From NCBI RefSeq assembly GCF_023055435.1, contig NW_025964112.1, forward strand, positions 32,674,001 through 32,738,000: a DNA stretch of 64,000 nt, written 5' to 3'. The notes under the pieces were generated by a model, which was given only the letters and a program-made list of their open reading frames with translations, was not told where the DNA came from and did not search any database. Below are positions 24,896 through 38,012 of this stretch, one piece after another. This DNA is from Haliotis rufescens (lineage: Eukaryota). The first letter of the stretch is position 1. Each line of letters starts with the position of its first letter. Position numbers and translations under genes: made by a program.

Positions 24896-25627
24896 TATGA
24901 TAAATCTTATTTATATAATTTTTCAAAACAATTATTTCACTTGCCTCTGCATTTAAACAGGCTATTTCTGTTTCTTTAAATAGGGTTTAATGGTACCGCA
25001 CGACAGAATTTAGACGAAAAGTACATCAGATGAAATTGTTTTATATTAATAAAGCGTCTGGATTGTACAGAATGAATGCCGCTTCATATAATTACACTGT
25101 TCTGAATAAAATTCTTTTCGAGCAAAACGATAGCTTTAGGTTGTATACGGTATACAAGTGCCAAATATATCATATACAGCAATTCGACATATCTGTGGGT
25201 GTGGTGGTGTGTATCGGATATGTTATATACATGTATATCATTGTGAAATACGGGGAAGTGTGTACATCACACATAAAACATACATCACTCAGAATGAAAG
25301 GTTGTGTGTGTGCGTGTGTGTGTGCGTGCATCGTACTTAATATAAACATAAGAAACATTCAGAATGAAAGACGTGTGTGTATATATCGGATATATTATAA
25401 ACATCGCACAGGATGGAAAGCGACGGAGAGTGTTCAACGATAGACAACGACAGAGGTTTATATCGGATGTATTATATTATACATACTTCAGAAGGCTGTA
25501 GATGTCAGCATAGAAACATGCTGAGAAGTAACAAGATGGATGTTGACCATTTTGTATCGAGATTAGATATTTTTCTCAGCTACAGCTATAAAACAAGATA
25601 TCATTTTTTTAAATTAAAACCGAGAGC

Positions 25628-28200
25628 CTGTAGTGAGTTTGGCGGGACTGGTGCTGTTGTGACGTGGATTGGACTGGTACTGTTGGGACTGGTACTGTAG
25701 TGAGTTGGATGGGACTGGTACTGTAGTGAGTTTGGCGGGACTGGTGCTGTTGTGACGTGGATTGGACTGGTACTGTTGGGACTGGTACTGTAGTGAGTTG
25801 GATGGGACTGGTACTGTAGTGAGTTTGGCGGGACTGGTGCTGTTGTGACGTGGATTGGACTGGTACTGTTGGGACTGGTACTGTAGTGAGTTCGATGGGA
25901 CTGGTACTGTAGTGAGTTGGGTGGGACTGGTACTGTAGTGACGTGGATGGGACTGGTACTGTAGTGACGTGGATGGGACTGGTACTGTAGTGACGTGGAT
26001 GGGACTGGTACTGTAGTGAGTTGGATGTGGCTGGTACTGTAGAGAGTTGGATGGGACTGGTACTGTAGTGACGTGGATGGGATTGGTACTGTAGTGAGTT
26101 GGATGGGACTGGTACTGTAGTGAGTTGGATGGTACTTGTACTGTAGTGAGTTGGATAGGACTGGTACTGTAGTGAGTTGGCTGGGACTGGTACTGTAGTG
26201 AGTTGGATGGGACTGGTACTGTAGTGACGTGGATGGGACTGGTACTGTAGTGACGTGGATGGGACTGGTACTGTAGTGAGTTGGATAGGACTGGTGCTGT
26301 AGTGAGTTGGATAGGACTGGTACTGTAGTGAGTTGGGTGGGACTGGTACTGTAGTGAGTTGGGTTGGACTGGTACTGTAGTGAGTTGGAAGGGACTGGTG
26401 CTGTAGTGACGTGGATGGAACTGGTACTGTAGTGACGTGGATTGGACTGGTACTGTAGTGACGTGGATGGGACTGGTACTGTAGTGACGTGGGTGGGACT
26501 GGTACTGTAGTGAGTTGGGTGGGCCTGGTACTGTAGTGAGTTGGATAGGACTGGTACTGTAGTGAGTTGGATAGGACTGGTACTGTAGTGAGTTGGCTGG
26601 GACTGGTACTGTAGTGAGTTGGATGGGACTGGTACTGTAGTGACGTGGATGGGACTGGTACTGTAGTGAGTTGGCTGGGACTGGTACTGTAGTGAGTTGG
26701 ATAGGACTGGTACTGTAGTGAGTTGGCTGGGACTGGTACTGTAGTGAGTTGGATGGGACTGGTACTGTAGTGAGTTGGATGGGACTTGTACTGTAGTGAG
26801 TTGGGTGGGACTTGTACTGTAGTGAGTTGGATGGGACTTGTACTGTAGTGAGTTGGGTGGGACTTGTACTGTAGTGACGTGGATGGGACTGGTACTGTAG
26901 TGACGTGGATGGGACTGGTACTGTAGTGACGTGGATGGGACTGGTACTGTAGTGAGTTGGATAGGACTGGTACTGTAGTGAGTTGGGTGGGACTGGTACT
27001 GTAGTGAGTTGGATAGGACTGGTACTGTAGTGAGTTGGCTGGGACTGGTACTGTAGTGACGTGGATGGGACTGGTACTGTAGTGACGTGGATGGGACTGG
27101 TACTGTAGTGAGATGGGTGGGACTGGTACTGTAGTGAGTTGGGTGGGACTGGTACTGTAGTGAGTTGGAAGGGACTGGTGCTGTAGTGACGTGGATGGAA
27201 CTGGTACTGTAGTGACGTGGATGGGACTGGTACTGTAGTGACGTGGATGGGACTGGTACTGTAGTGAGTTGGGTGGGACTTGTACTGTAGTGAGTTGGAT
27301 AGGACTGGTACTGTAGTGAGTTGGATAGGACTGGTACTCTAGTGAGTTGACTGGGACTGGTACTGTAGTGAGTTGGATGGGACTGGTACTGTAGTGACGT
27401 GGATGGGACTGGTACTGTAGTGACGTGGATGGGACTGGTACTGTAGTGAGTTGGATAGGACTGGTGCTGTAGTGAGTTGGATAGGACTGGTACTGTAGTG
27501 AGTTGGGTGGGACTGGTACTGTAGTGAGTTGGATGGGACTGGTACTGTAGTGACGTGGATGAGACTGGTACTGTAGTGAGTTGGGTGGGACTGGTACTGT
27601 AGTGAGTTGGGTTGGACTGGTACTGTAGTGAGTTGGAAGGGACTGGTGCTGTAGTGACGTGGATGGAACTGGTACTGTAGTGACGTGGATTGGACTGGTA
27701 CTGTAGTGACGTGGATGGGACTGGTACTGTAGTGACGTGGGTGGGACTGGTACTGTAGTGAGTTGGGTGGGCCTGGTACTGTAGTGAGTTGGATAGGACT
27801 GGTACTGTAGTGAGTTGGATAGGACTGGTACTGTAGTGAGTTGGCTGGGACTGGTACTGTAGTGAGTTGGATGGGACTGGTACTGTAGTGAGTTGGATGG
27901 GACTGGTACTGTAGTGACGTGGATGGGACTGGTGCTGTAGTGACGTGGATGGTACTTGTACTGTAGTGAGTTGGATGGGACTGGTACTGTAGTGAGTTAG
28001 ATGGGACTGGTACTGTAGTGAGTTGGAAGGGACTGGTGCTGTAGTGACGTGGATGGAACTGGTACTGTAGTGACGTGGATTGGACTGGTACTGTAGTGAC
28101 GTGGATGGGACTTGTGCTGTAGTGACGTGGGTGGGACTGGTACTGTAGTGAGTTGGATGGGACTTGTGCTGTAGTGAGTTGGATTAAACTCGTTCTGTAG
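25628..28200. repeat. 26-bp satellite array (~100 units)
   Basis: Unit gggactggtactgtagtga(gt/cg)tggat; decays toward ~28450. Confidence 0.98.
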
Positions 28201-28576
28201 TGATTTGGATGTAAAGGGTTTTGAAATGAGTTGTGTGTGACTTGTACTGTAATGAGTCGAGTTGAACGCGCTGTTGTAAGAGAGATGTAACGCGTGGCGT
28301 AGCAAGACAGATTTTACACTCGATCTTCTCAAGTATTCGAGTCCTACTGTAGTAAAATAGATGTACTACGTGTCGTTGTAGGACAGGTGTGAAACCTGCT
28401 TTAGTGCCATGGATGTGACATGGGTTATATTGAGGTTGGAGTGACATGTGTGACTTCTGGAAAGCTTCAGATGTGACACATTGACTCATTATCATTGCTA
28501 CTGTATCATTATGATCGTTGACCTTTGAAAGAATAATTCGGTCATGATCAGATATACTGTTTTTCTTCCAGTAAAC

Positions 28577-29832
28577 ATGGGACCGTGGCAGACTAAGGAA
28601 AGGGTTCCCACTCCTGTAAGTAGCTGGCGAGTTTATCTTACATCTTCATTGGTAAAGCGTTCTGCCTCTTTGTAACATGTACTCCAGAACTTCAGAACTC
28701 ACTCTATCATAGATAGGACACTGACATCACTACAAATTTGTTGTTTTTGTAATTAAAGAAAACAATAATAACATTCAGTAATGTTGTCATGTTTCAGCCA
28801 CCGACTGAGAAATGGGGAGCAGATGTGGCTTTGTCCTGGACACCAGAAGTATGTTTTGCGAATTAGAGGTACAGAGAATATACTGTTGTCAAGACATATG
28901 TCAATCATCAGTTAGTGATCATCATATGGTTGTTGTGAACGAAAAACCAGTTGATGCTTGTGGAAATATTCAATCAAATGTCTAGCTGTTCGTCCACGTT
29001 CGTTCGACTGTATTGTCTGCTATCCCCAGGGCCTATGTGTTTGGCTTATCCCAGGAAGTGTTTCATTTCAGGGAGAAGATGACTTTCGCCGTCGCATAGC
29101 CGAAGTCACAACCAGAGACGGGCTTGTGGTGATTCTGTTTGGTCAGACTGGATTTGGTAAATCGTCTTTTGGCAATGGAATTCGAACTTCCATCAGACGG
29201 GACAGGAAAGTCTCCAATTATTTTCCTGTGGGAATTAACACACATGGCAGCTACACTAAAGCTGTGAGTTGTTGAATGTTATAATCAAAATGTCAAAGTT
29301 CCGACTTCAATTTTTCGTTTTCTTTTAATATTTCCAGTCACTGGTAGCAGAAATTCAGCATAAAAATGTGTAATAGGGAGGTTTCTTGACAGAATGAAGC
29401 CAACGGATAACAACGATATCCGTTTGGGTCATATGCGGATAGAGATGCAAATATCAAAGGTCAAGTAGGAACTACTTTCAGTGTTTACAAACAAACATGG
29501 CGTCGCCCTTGTCATTCGGCGATCGAGTCAGAATTAACCGATGGACACGTCACTTACCTTCTGATATTTATAAAAGCGCACATTCCATGAAAAGTTGCAA
29601 TGTTTCGGTAATGTTTGTGAGAGTTGGGAAGTGTATTCGAGCATAGAATTGAAGAATGATATTATAAGTTACAAGTTATCACGCTTGTGTGTTTGGGGAT
29701 TGTAAATATCCTGCACTAGGATTAAACACTATGTATATAGCTAGGCAAGGTTCGCAAAATACAACGTACAATCCTAATACAATAATTCCACTATCGTCAA
29801 ACACACTCGCGTGATAACCCAACCCACCCACC

Positions 29833-29901
<69 letters not shown>

Positions 29902-31632
29902 ATGAAAACTGTATATTAACATATGTGTATGTATTGCAGCTGAACAGTGACGATTACTGCCGTAGATATTGTCAAGAAAAGTGCACTTGCCAGCCGTATT
30001 TTTGGGTAATTGACATGCCAGGATTATTCAACAGTGACGCGATCACAGACGAGAGTATTGAGAAGATTATCACAGGACAGGTTCCTTTCTATGCAGAAGT
30101 AAGTACTTTGGGAACGTTTGTCACCTACATAAAGAGTGAGTTGATGGGGATTAACATCAGAGCAACAATGATATGCCAACATAGACGCTTGTAAACAACT
30201 ATTCATCTCGTCAGTATGCCACACAATCAACCAGGTCATCGTGTTACACGCGTGGACAGATGTAGTTTTACAACATAACCACAAAACATTGTTTGTCAGT
30301 GATCTAAACTGTACATGTTGTATGCTTAAGGGGATCTGTGACCACATATGAAGAATCTTAAAAATGTTCTAATGGCAAAATATATCTATTTATAGAGGTA
30401 TATTTTCATTCTGTTGGCTGGGAAAGTGTGAAGAATGTCTATTGTTTTCGTGTCCAGGTGAAACCAACGCTTGAGGCTATGGATAGTTCACAGATCCTCC
30501 CGCCAGAGGAGAGGGTCAAGGCGTCATGCGTAGTTCTTGTCCTTAAAGCAGGAGTTGCTGTAGGCGATGATGTAAAGCGACAGATTGGTGTGCTGAGAAC
30601 GCTACATTCACGAGGGGGTAACCATACCTTATATATCTACAACAATATTCAAGTACACACTTTATGCTTACAAATTTAACAAATTTTGTTTCAATCATCT
30701 CGATTGACAAGTGTTTTTTTCATCATCACATACACTATTTATATTATAGTTTACATTCATTTAGAATCTCTGTAAATTAGTATACTGACTATTGCGTTTG
30801 TACTGTTACATTTGCAACTGAATTTTTGTTCTACTGATATAATGGTAACTGTTGTAGTGTGGCGCATACACGTATATTAGTTGTTATAATATCGTATCGT
30901 CAACGTATCATTCTATTCACTGAAATGCTCATGATATGTTTTACTTCATTTAAAATACTTTTGTTTACTTAAAACAACATATACTCAGTCAAAATGTGTT
31001 TGTAGTACTGTTGTGCGGTGTCAAACAGGAAACAAACAGACTACTGGTGGGGCAGAACATGCTTACCCTTTACGAGAAAACTTTTCATTGATGCATTCAT
31101 ATAATTTTACGACTTTTTTGCCTTCACGCCCGATGAAACCTGATTCGGCGGATTATCGATACAAGTTATTTTCTGGTGTTGATGATTTTGGGATAGTTCA
31201 TTTCATAATGTTTTAGGTAATACAATATGAAGCAAAACAATAAGTTGCATGTTCAAAACGGCGCTGATGTTTTAAGATGAAGTATTTACATAACAACGTT
31301 TCTTTTCAGTTCTGTCAGTCCATGTGATCCTGACACACATCGATGCGGTGGAACCACTGTTGAAGGATTCCGACAATATTCCATACGTGTTTAACTCGGA
31401 GGAGGTTCGGGCTGCGGTGAGGTTTGCTTCTACGGAGACAGGGTTACCTCAAACATGTATCAGCGTGGTGAAGAACTACACAGTTGAAAACGCCACCAAC
31501 ACCAACAGCAGTATCCTGTACCTACATGCCCTGGAGAACATCCTGCTCGCTGCTAGAGACACACTTGAACGGGATGAGACGAAAAACAGAATGCGAACAA
31601 CGTTATACACAAAGAACACAGAACCACGATGA
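28577..31632 (+). CDS. IFI44L: Interferon-induced protein 44-like (IFI44/IFI44L family) P-loop GTPase, 307 aa, no TLDc domain
   Basis: Six GT-AG coding exons: 28577-28615, 28798-28848, 29072-29263, 29940-30098, 30458-30617 and 31310-31632, totalling 924 nt in frame. Motifs: G1 GQTGFGKSSF, G2 SYT, G3 DMPGL followed by IEKIITGQVP, G4 ILTHID, plus IFI44 hallmarks VKNY and LHALENIL. The symbol is family-level, not orthology. Confidence 0.88.
29833..29900. repeat. (CT)n microsatellite in an IFI44-like intron
   Basis: Seen directly. Confidence 0.97.
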
Positions 31633-32019
31633 ATGAGAAAAACACACCAATACCATATTTAAGTTTTCCCACTTTCATATGGGTCTGTTTTAGCTTTGAA
31701 CAGTATTTTAGTGTTGGGGTGACCAGTGTCGAAGATGGTTACCTTTTGAATGAATCATTGAGGAAAACAATCAGATCGAATCCGAGATTCGAACACAAGA
31801 AGTATTGATTCTATAGGCTATTGCCTAGGCCTCCCCGCAACTTACAACTTATTATTGACAATGATTTGTGTAATTGCAGTGTAACATTGATAAATATGTT
31901 AAACATTCCTATACTCAATTCGTTCAGATAATTAATTATTGCTATTATTAGGATTATAGAACTATGAACATTTAAGGATAAGTAAGAGTGCTGTATAGTT
32001 TAAGTCACAAAATTCCGAA

Positions 32020-34740
32020 AAATGAGTTCACATTACCAGCTGTACCAGCCATGGAACTTAGGCCAACCGTGGAGTCGAGTGAGAAGAGTGATGAACTATT
32101 ATTTGTTTCTAGTCAGAAGATTTTCTCGTGTTCTCTCCTTTGACGAGTTTCTCTCCAAATCCTCTCCTTTATCGCTCCATGGCTTGGCCAGAGTTGGCAA
32201 CATAGTTGTCTGTGGTGAACACAACATCATCGTTTTCGACATTATATGAAACACTTTCTGGCAAATCTTGCTGAAGTTACTGGGAATGTCCTTCAAGTAG
32301 TAGAAAGAAGCATTGCCATCATGAATCACAAGAAATTCATTGGCAGGAGGGACATCCACATCCTCGAGATACTGGGTCAGGTGGTTGGAAGGCCTTTCAC
32401 TTTTCAGTATGCAGTCCCGATAATGACACAGGAGTCAAAGGATAGTTCAGCAGTTCCTTCAGACCCAGTTGTATTCCTTGAGTTTGGAACGTGATAAACA
32501 ACTGAAAAGCGATGTACCCTCCCTGTTTGTACTGTACCACTTTGTTTGCGGTGGTTGTGACCCTGACCTTCTTGTCCATGTCTCCTAAAGTTTTGAGATT
32601 CAAAGGTTTCACTGGCTCAAAAAAATTTTGCCACTTTCCAATCGGGTTTCAACATCTACTCCGCCAGTTCTGCTCAGAGAACATCTTTTTTCACATGTCG
32701 GATGCCGCTTGTCCCGATAATCCTTACTGTTGACTGAATGGGTTCAGGAAACTTTCAATGGCTTCTTTTGTTCGGTTTAATTGTTTTCACTTTTCAGTAC
32801 CTCAGCAGGCCGGACATCATGGTGTTTGGTTCCCCTACGCTGCCTGACAACATATCAGGCATATTGAGAGTGACGTTGACACACTGCGATATGGTAAGAG
32901 AGGTTCTAATCCAAAGTTAATAAGTATCATGGTTGGTCAACACGCCTGAAACACCAGCACCACTTCCACCAGCACCACCACGAGACTTGGCGTGTCACAT
33001 GGAAGTCTCTTCCAAAGTCTTGTTGACTTCACACCTGTTGCCACGAATGAAGGGTCGGTCATTGCTGATAGCACCTCTCTTCTCCTGGATGAGATGTCTC
33101 GATTTTGGCTATGAATGTGGAGAAGTATGTGAGGTACCTCGCATAATTTTGGCCACCAAACACGTCAGCCATGAGAGGAAGACAATGCACAAACACGTGT
33201 AAATCGTTGTTTCACTGCGTGTATCAGTGATAGTACAAGCCATAAATGACCCATGTATGACCACAGTTGAGCAGTCTCTCCTTGAAACCATGCCATAATG
33301 TCATCGCGATATTGCTGAAGTCCTTTCATGTAATCCTTAGGCCTCTAAAGATGGGGTGTGCAGCATATTATCCATCACTTGCTTTGATTGCTCAGATAAC
33401 GAAGACAGTTTCACGCGGACTTTCTACATACTGAGTCATTATAAGTCGCCCAAGGCACTCCAACAAGACTTTCTGGCAGTGCATGGCTGCGTTTTAATGT
33501 TTCCCTCACAGAACACCTGCGATGGAACCCGAGTCAGTTTCCAGCAACATATCAGCGAGACCTGACCAATTCATTTTCTTTGCTTTCATTTCCATATATG
33601 CACAAACTAGATGGAATGTTCCAATTAGGATAATGTGCTTCTCGTACTTAGTTTGTTTGTTCCAGTCGAGGGGATATGCTTTCATACATACACAACTAAA
33701 ATGTGGTGATGATGTAGCACTGTCTGGGTTCGGTTGTGGCGTTTTCACCATAGCTTGGACACACTTATAATTGGTGATTGAACTGCCAATAACTAGATAG
33801 AAATCGATTGTTATAAATCTCAGGAGCGTCACCAGTCAAAAATGTGAAACCTGTCCACCCAGGCTCTTCCTGGTGTGACAAACAACTCTTCATCCGTATC
33901 AGAGCCCACAATATGTGTCGCATATCTGCTCCGTGGTAGTTTTATTCACCATCAGGATATGTCTGCTTTTTTACCCAAAATTTGTGGACAATCTCGCTGG
34001 GTGACATAGCAGATATTCTGCTAGATTGAGGATCAACGAACGTTGATTGATAGTGTTAAGGGATGTCTACACGGGTGCCACCATGATCCTCTGGTTTGCC
34101 TTCTTTTTCGTGTAGTATGAACTGAACCCATTCCACTAAGGTTGTTGTCAAATTATCAAATTCAGAATGAAACACTGATGGTGGCCGAATATGTATTGAC
34201 AATACAGTTAATGTTTCCTCAATAGCCTGTGCCAGCGCTGTGGTTAGCTGCAGTGAAAATGAATAGTTCTCACAATGGCGCATTCGGTTGAGCAATGTAA
34301 TCAATCCCTCACTTCTGAACAGGTTTGGAGAGTGTCATGCATATCAACACATGCTTTGGAAGTTTCCACACACCGTTGCTGCCCGAAGTCGACATGATTT
34401 AGATGTGTGGGTTGCTGCGTTAACTGTTATGGCATAATTTAGAAATTTCTCCAGTTAAGATGCCAGAACATTACTAATGTTTCCAAGATCCTGAGCAGAT
34501 GGGAACCATTTCAATTTGTTTGATTTTGTGCAGCTGTTTATAATAACCTTAGGCAAATAACTTCCAACTTCTTTGATCATATCTGAAGAAGCAAGTTCAT
34601 ATGCATGTCTAACAACATTGTTAACCTCAATATCGGATACAATATAGGTTTGGAAGTTTCCAGTGCTGTTCAACATACAGAAAGACAACCTGTCCTTGTA
34701 TGTCTTGTGTTTCTCTGTAATCTCTGACAATGCAAGTGTT
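32020..34740 (-). mobile_element. Degraded large DNA transposon ORF (Academ-like)
   Basis: Frameshifted minus-strand pieces LLETDSGSIAGVL, VVQYKQGGYIAFQL...LKELLNYPLTPVSLS and VIHDGNASFYYL resemble invertebrate Academ-type transposase/XPG-like proteins. Superfamily assigned from memory. Confidence 0.55.
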
Positions 34741-34744
34741 GTTT

Positions 34745-35400
34745 GATTTTATCAAATTGAACACAAATGGCAGTAAGAGGGGGAAAAGATCTGTCGAATA
34801 AGGTGGATGAGGCAAGTGTACGTATCCACATTCCCGTACAGCAGCCATTTCAACATTACTGGTTTCAACTGGAGCATTAAGCTTTGAAGTTGGTTTCCAA
34901 ACGAATTTCGGCATAACCCTTCCTCACTTAGTGGATCTGCTTCTTTAAAACTTCATGGTTTCCACTTCGTGGATTATTGTTTGCTCTCAGGAACACAGTG
35001 ATGGATCCAGGCCTTATCACCTGTCACTAACCTCACATGAAGTTATTGCGGTTTTATCTTGTTAACAGGCTATTAGAGTTGGAGGCCGTAGGCTTCATTT
35101 CATCCAAATGCATTCCATAAACCCCTCGGGCACGAACTTTTGACATATGAAGTTGTTCAAGGAAGATAGTTTCTATGTTGACTATTATTCAGTACATTCT
35201 GGACTGCATCAATGTTGTCTTTTGTGGTGATGGACCAGGGTTGTGTCATCTTACACATTCTTTCACACACGCTGAAATTGTGGCATTTGGTGGGGCAGCT
35301 TACCATAAACAGCATGTAAACGTTGGTGATGGACACTCGAGGGTAAATAAAATTATTGACTGCTCTAAACTCAGTTTTCTCCATTTCAATGCTAAGAGAT
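34745..35400 (-). mobile_element. Mariner transposase remnant
   Basis: MEKTEFRAV N-terminus, VTGDKAWI (GDETW-like) and HLPHPPYSTDL (HPPYSPDL-like); many disruptions. Confidence 0.8.
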
Positions 35401-35562
35401 CGGGTACCTCAGAGTCGAAGTCAGTTATCAGCGAACCACTTGACTGAAGATGACCAAATTACGGCACACAGGTCATTACTAACATATGTCACGCGTAAAC
35501 AATATATCCGACTCAATACAGCATAAAAATACACCAGCCTCAATATCTTCCGATATCCGTCA

Positions 35563-35820
35563 AACCCATGAAGATCCGAGGTAGGTCTTCAGCAACCCAT
35601 GCTTGCTGTAAAAGGCGACTAAGCTTGTCGTAAGAGGCGACTGACGGGATCGGGTGGTCAGGCTTGCTGACTTGGTTGATACATGTCATCGTATCACAAT
35701 TGCGTAGATCGATGCTCATGATGTCAATCACTGGATTGTCTAGTCCAGACTCGATTATTAACAGACCAACGTCATATAGCTGGAATATTACTTAGTGCTG
35801 CGTTAATCAACAAACAAACG
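35563..35820 (+). mobile_element. Interspersed SINE-like repeat family C
   Basis: accc(a/g)tgaagatccg...gcttgtcgtaagaggcgact...gggtggtcaggct...gctggaatatt...gcgttaa followed by a (caaa)n tail; second copy at 56673-56925. Confidence 0.85.
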
Positions 35821-35881
35821 ATATCCGCTCAGTATTGTTGCAATAAAAATCGTCAATGTTTGCTCTTTCTTAAAGGAGCTA

Positions 35882-36180
35882 CCGGCTCAGTGATGTAATG
35901 GGTAGAGCGTCTGCCCGGAGAGCAGAAGGTCAGTAGTTCGATCCCTTGGTAGTGTCATTGTGAAAGACGGTAAAAAAATGTAACTTGTTGTTACCCTGCC
36001 TGGTGTTCGGTATTAAGAGCGCTCAGACTAGAACTGACCGGTTCGGAGTCAATATAATGTGTTTGAGTCGGGTATGTTCAACTGCAGAATGCTATGTCGT
36101 TGATCTAGGACGATAACACCTGCAGGAGTCCGTCCTGTACAATGCTACATAAGTGAAATAATCTTGAACGCGATGTTAAT
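35882..36180 (+). mobile_element. SINE family A, with tRNA-like head
   Basis: gtgatgtaatgggtagagcg (A box) ... gttcgatccc (B box), then the family A core. Confidence 0.8.
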
Positions 36181-37926
36181 ATATTAAATTGTCAAACGAT
36201 ATGGTGTGATGCACCCTTAGTGTGAGCCTATATACCCCGAGCTGTTGCTGTCATGTTGTATATGGTGTGATGTACCCTTTGTGTACCCCGAGGCGTTAGG
36301 TACATCACATATGCCCCGAGGGAGCGGTTGACAACGAATTCATCTGACGGCATTCACTCATCCAGACCCGGAATATATGTACGAAGCTTCACCGAGGTAA
36401 AACGCTTTGATTCAGTCATCTTAACAGCAAGCAGACGACGCAGACGAAACGAGTTACTTCCTTTTACCTAATGCATTAGTGGGGAATAAACATCTGCTCA
36501 TTTCAGCTCAACGATACTTATGCGAGACACGCAAGTTACCTAAGTTGTGTTGCGATTGATTTCTCAGCAGGGTACATGAACGGAGTACATGTAAAATAAT
36601 TTCCCGCTCCACAACCAATCAGAATCTAGTGTTTTAATGTAAGGTCACATAAACATAATTTCACCTCACCGGTAGTAGATTGGTTCCACTGCCGTTAGGT
36701 CTAAAACGACCGGGGGACCTCCGCTATATTGCCTGTTATTATTGTTGAACTGGTACGGTGTGGTTGGCTAGTTCATGGGAATTATTCGTATTCACTTTCT
36801 TTCACTATGTTTAACTCATGTCTGAAAATAGGGACACATTTCTGTTCATCCTGATGCAGAGTAGAGAGGCGTTACATTGCTTTCGTCAGAACTTTATCCA
36901 CCAGATACTTGTCATTTATGTCTCTCTTTGTAAACATTTCTCGAAATGAAGAAAATGTCATAACATTTGTTAGGTAATTACTAAAAGTAACCTTTGATCG
37001 AGCAAAATAAAGAAATTACTTTAAGTTAATATTTTTAATGAAAATTCATTTGGTTACTTCACTTCCGAGGCGGGAAGATAAACAGAAGTCTGATTGACCA
37101 TTTAGAACCGCTTATTTCAAAATCCATATTGGAGAAAAGCTTGTTCTGGGAAATCGTTTAAAATAATTCCTACTTAATTTGTCTGTACATGTAAATTTGT
37201 GAAATATGTTTTTACACAAGAGCAGTATGAATTTGCTTTCACTGTTAACGTTAGCATTTATTGAAAAGCCACGGCTAGCACGGCTGTCGTCTATTTCTGC
37301 AGTTTGGGTTCAACTGTCGGATAATACGACAGCAATAAGTAATGACAGCAACATTACAAATGTTTGAACTAAAATCTTGAAATAAATGAAATTGGCCGCC
37401 ACAAAACATATATTGTTGCAAGACTTTTCTCTAAAAAATGTTTGCTCAGAGTTTTATTTTTTGTAAATATATTTGTCTTTGCAGCCTTAGATGAAAATTA
37501 TTCATTCTCTCCTACCCCAAGAATAGGACGGTGGGGTAGTCTAGAGATTAGACTTATTCCCCTGTATTACTGCGTAATTTAGAGTATGAATGATAACTTC
37601 TGTGCTAAAATTACGTCCATCTCTTAATACTAAAATCGTTTGTAAAGCAAGCTTGAATGATATTCCATGCGCGCTTTACCAAATCCAATGATCTAATGAT
37701 TTTCTCCCTTTTCCCCAACAAGGAGGTGATATCTCACGAGAGACATCAAACAACAACGGTGCCTACAAGAAGTCAACACGTTCCTATGGGGTTTTCTACA
37801 GAACATCTTAAAGAACTTTCTGATGAGATCAGCACTGCAAGCTATTGTTGCATAATGGGTTTCATATGAGCAATCTGATAATGCAAAGAAGTATTGATTC
37901 GGATGGTTGATTAGGAAGTTACGCCT

Positions 37927-38012
37927 ATAGGGTCACTCTCGATCTGGGTACCATCGAAATGTACCCTGGGTTTTCGACATTTCGATGGTACCCAGATCGA
38001 GAGTGACCCTAT
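37927..38012. repeat. Perfect 36-bp inverted repeat with 14-nt loop (mini-MITE/hairpin)
   Basis: atagggtcactctcgatctgggtaccatcgaaatgt (37927-37962) is the exact reverse complement of 37977-38012. Confidence 0.95.
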
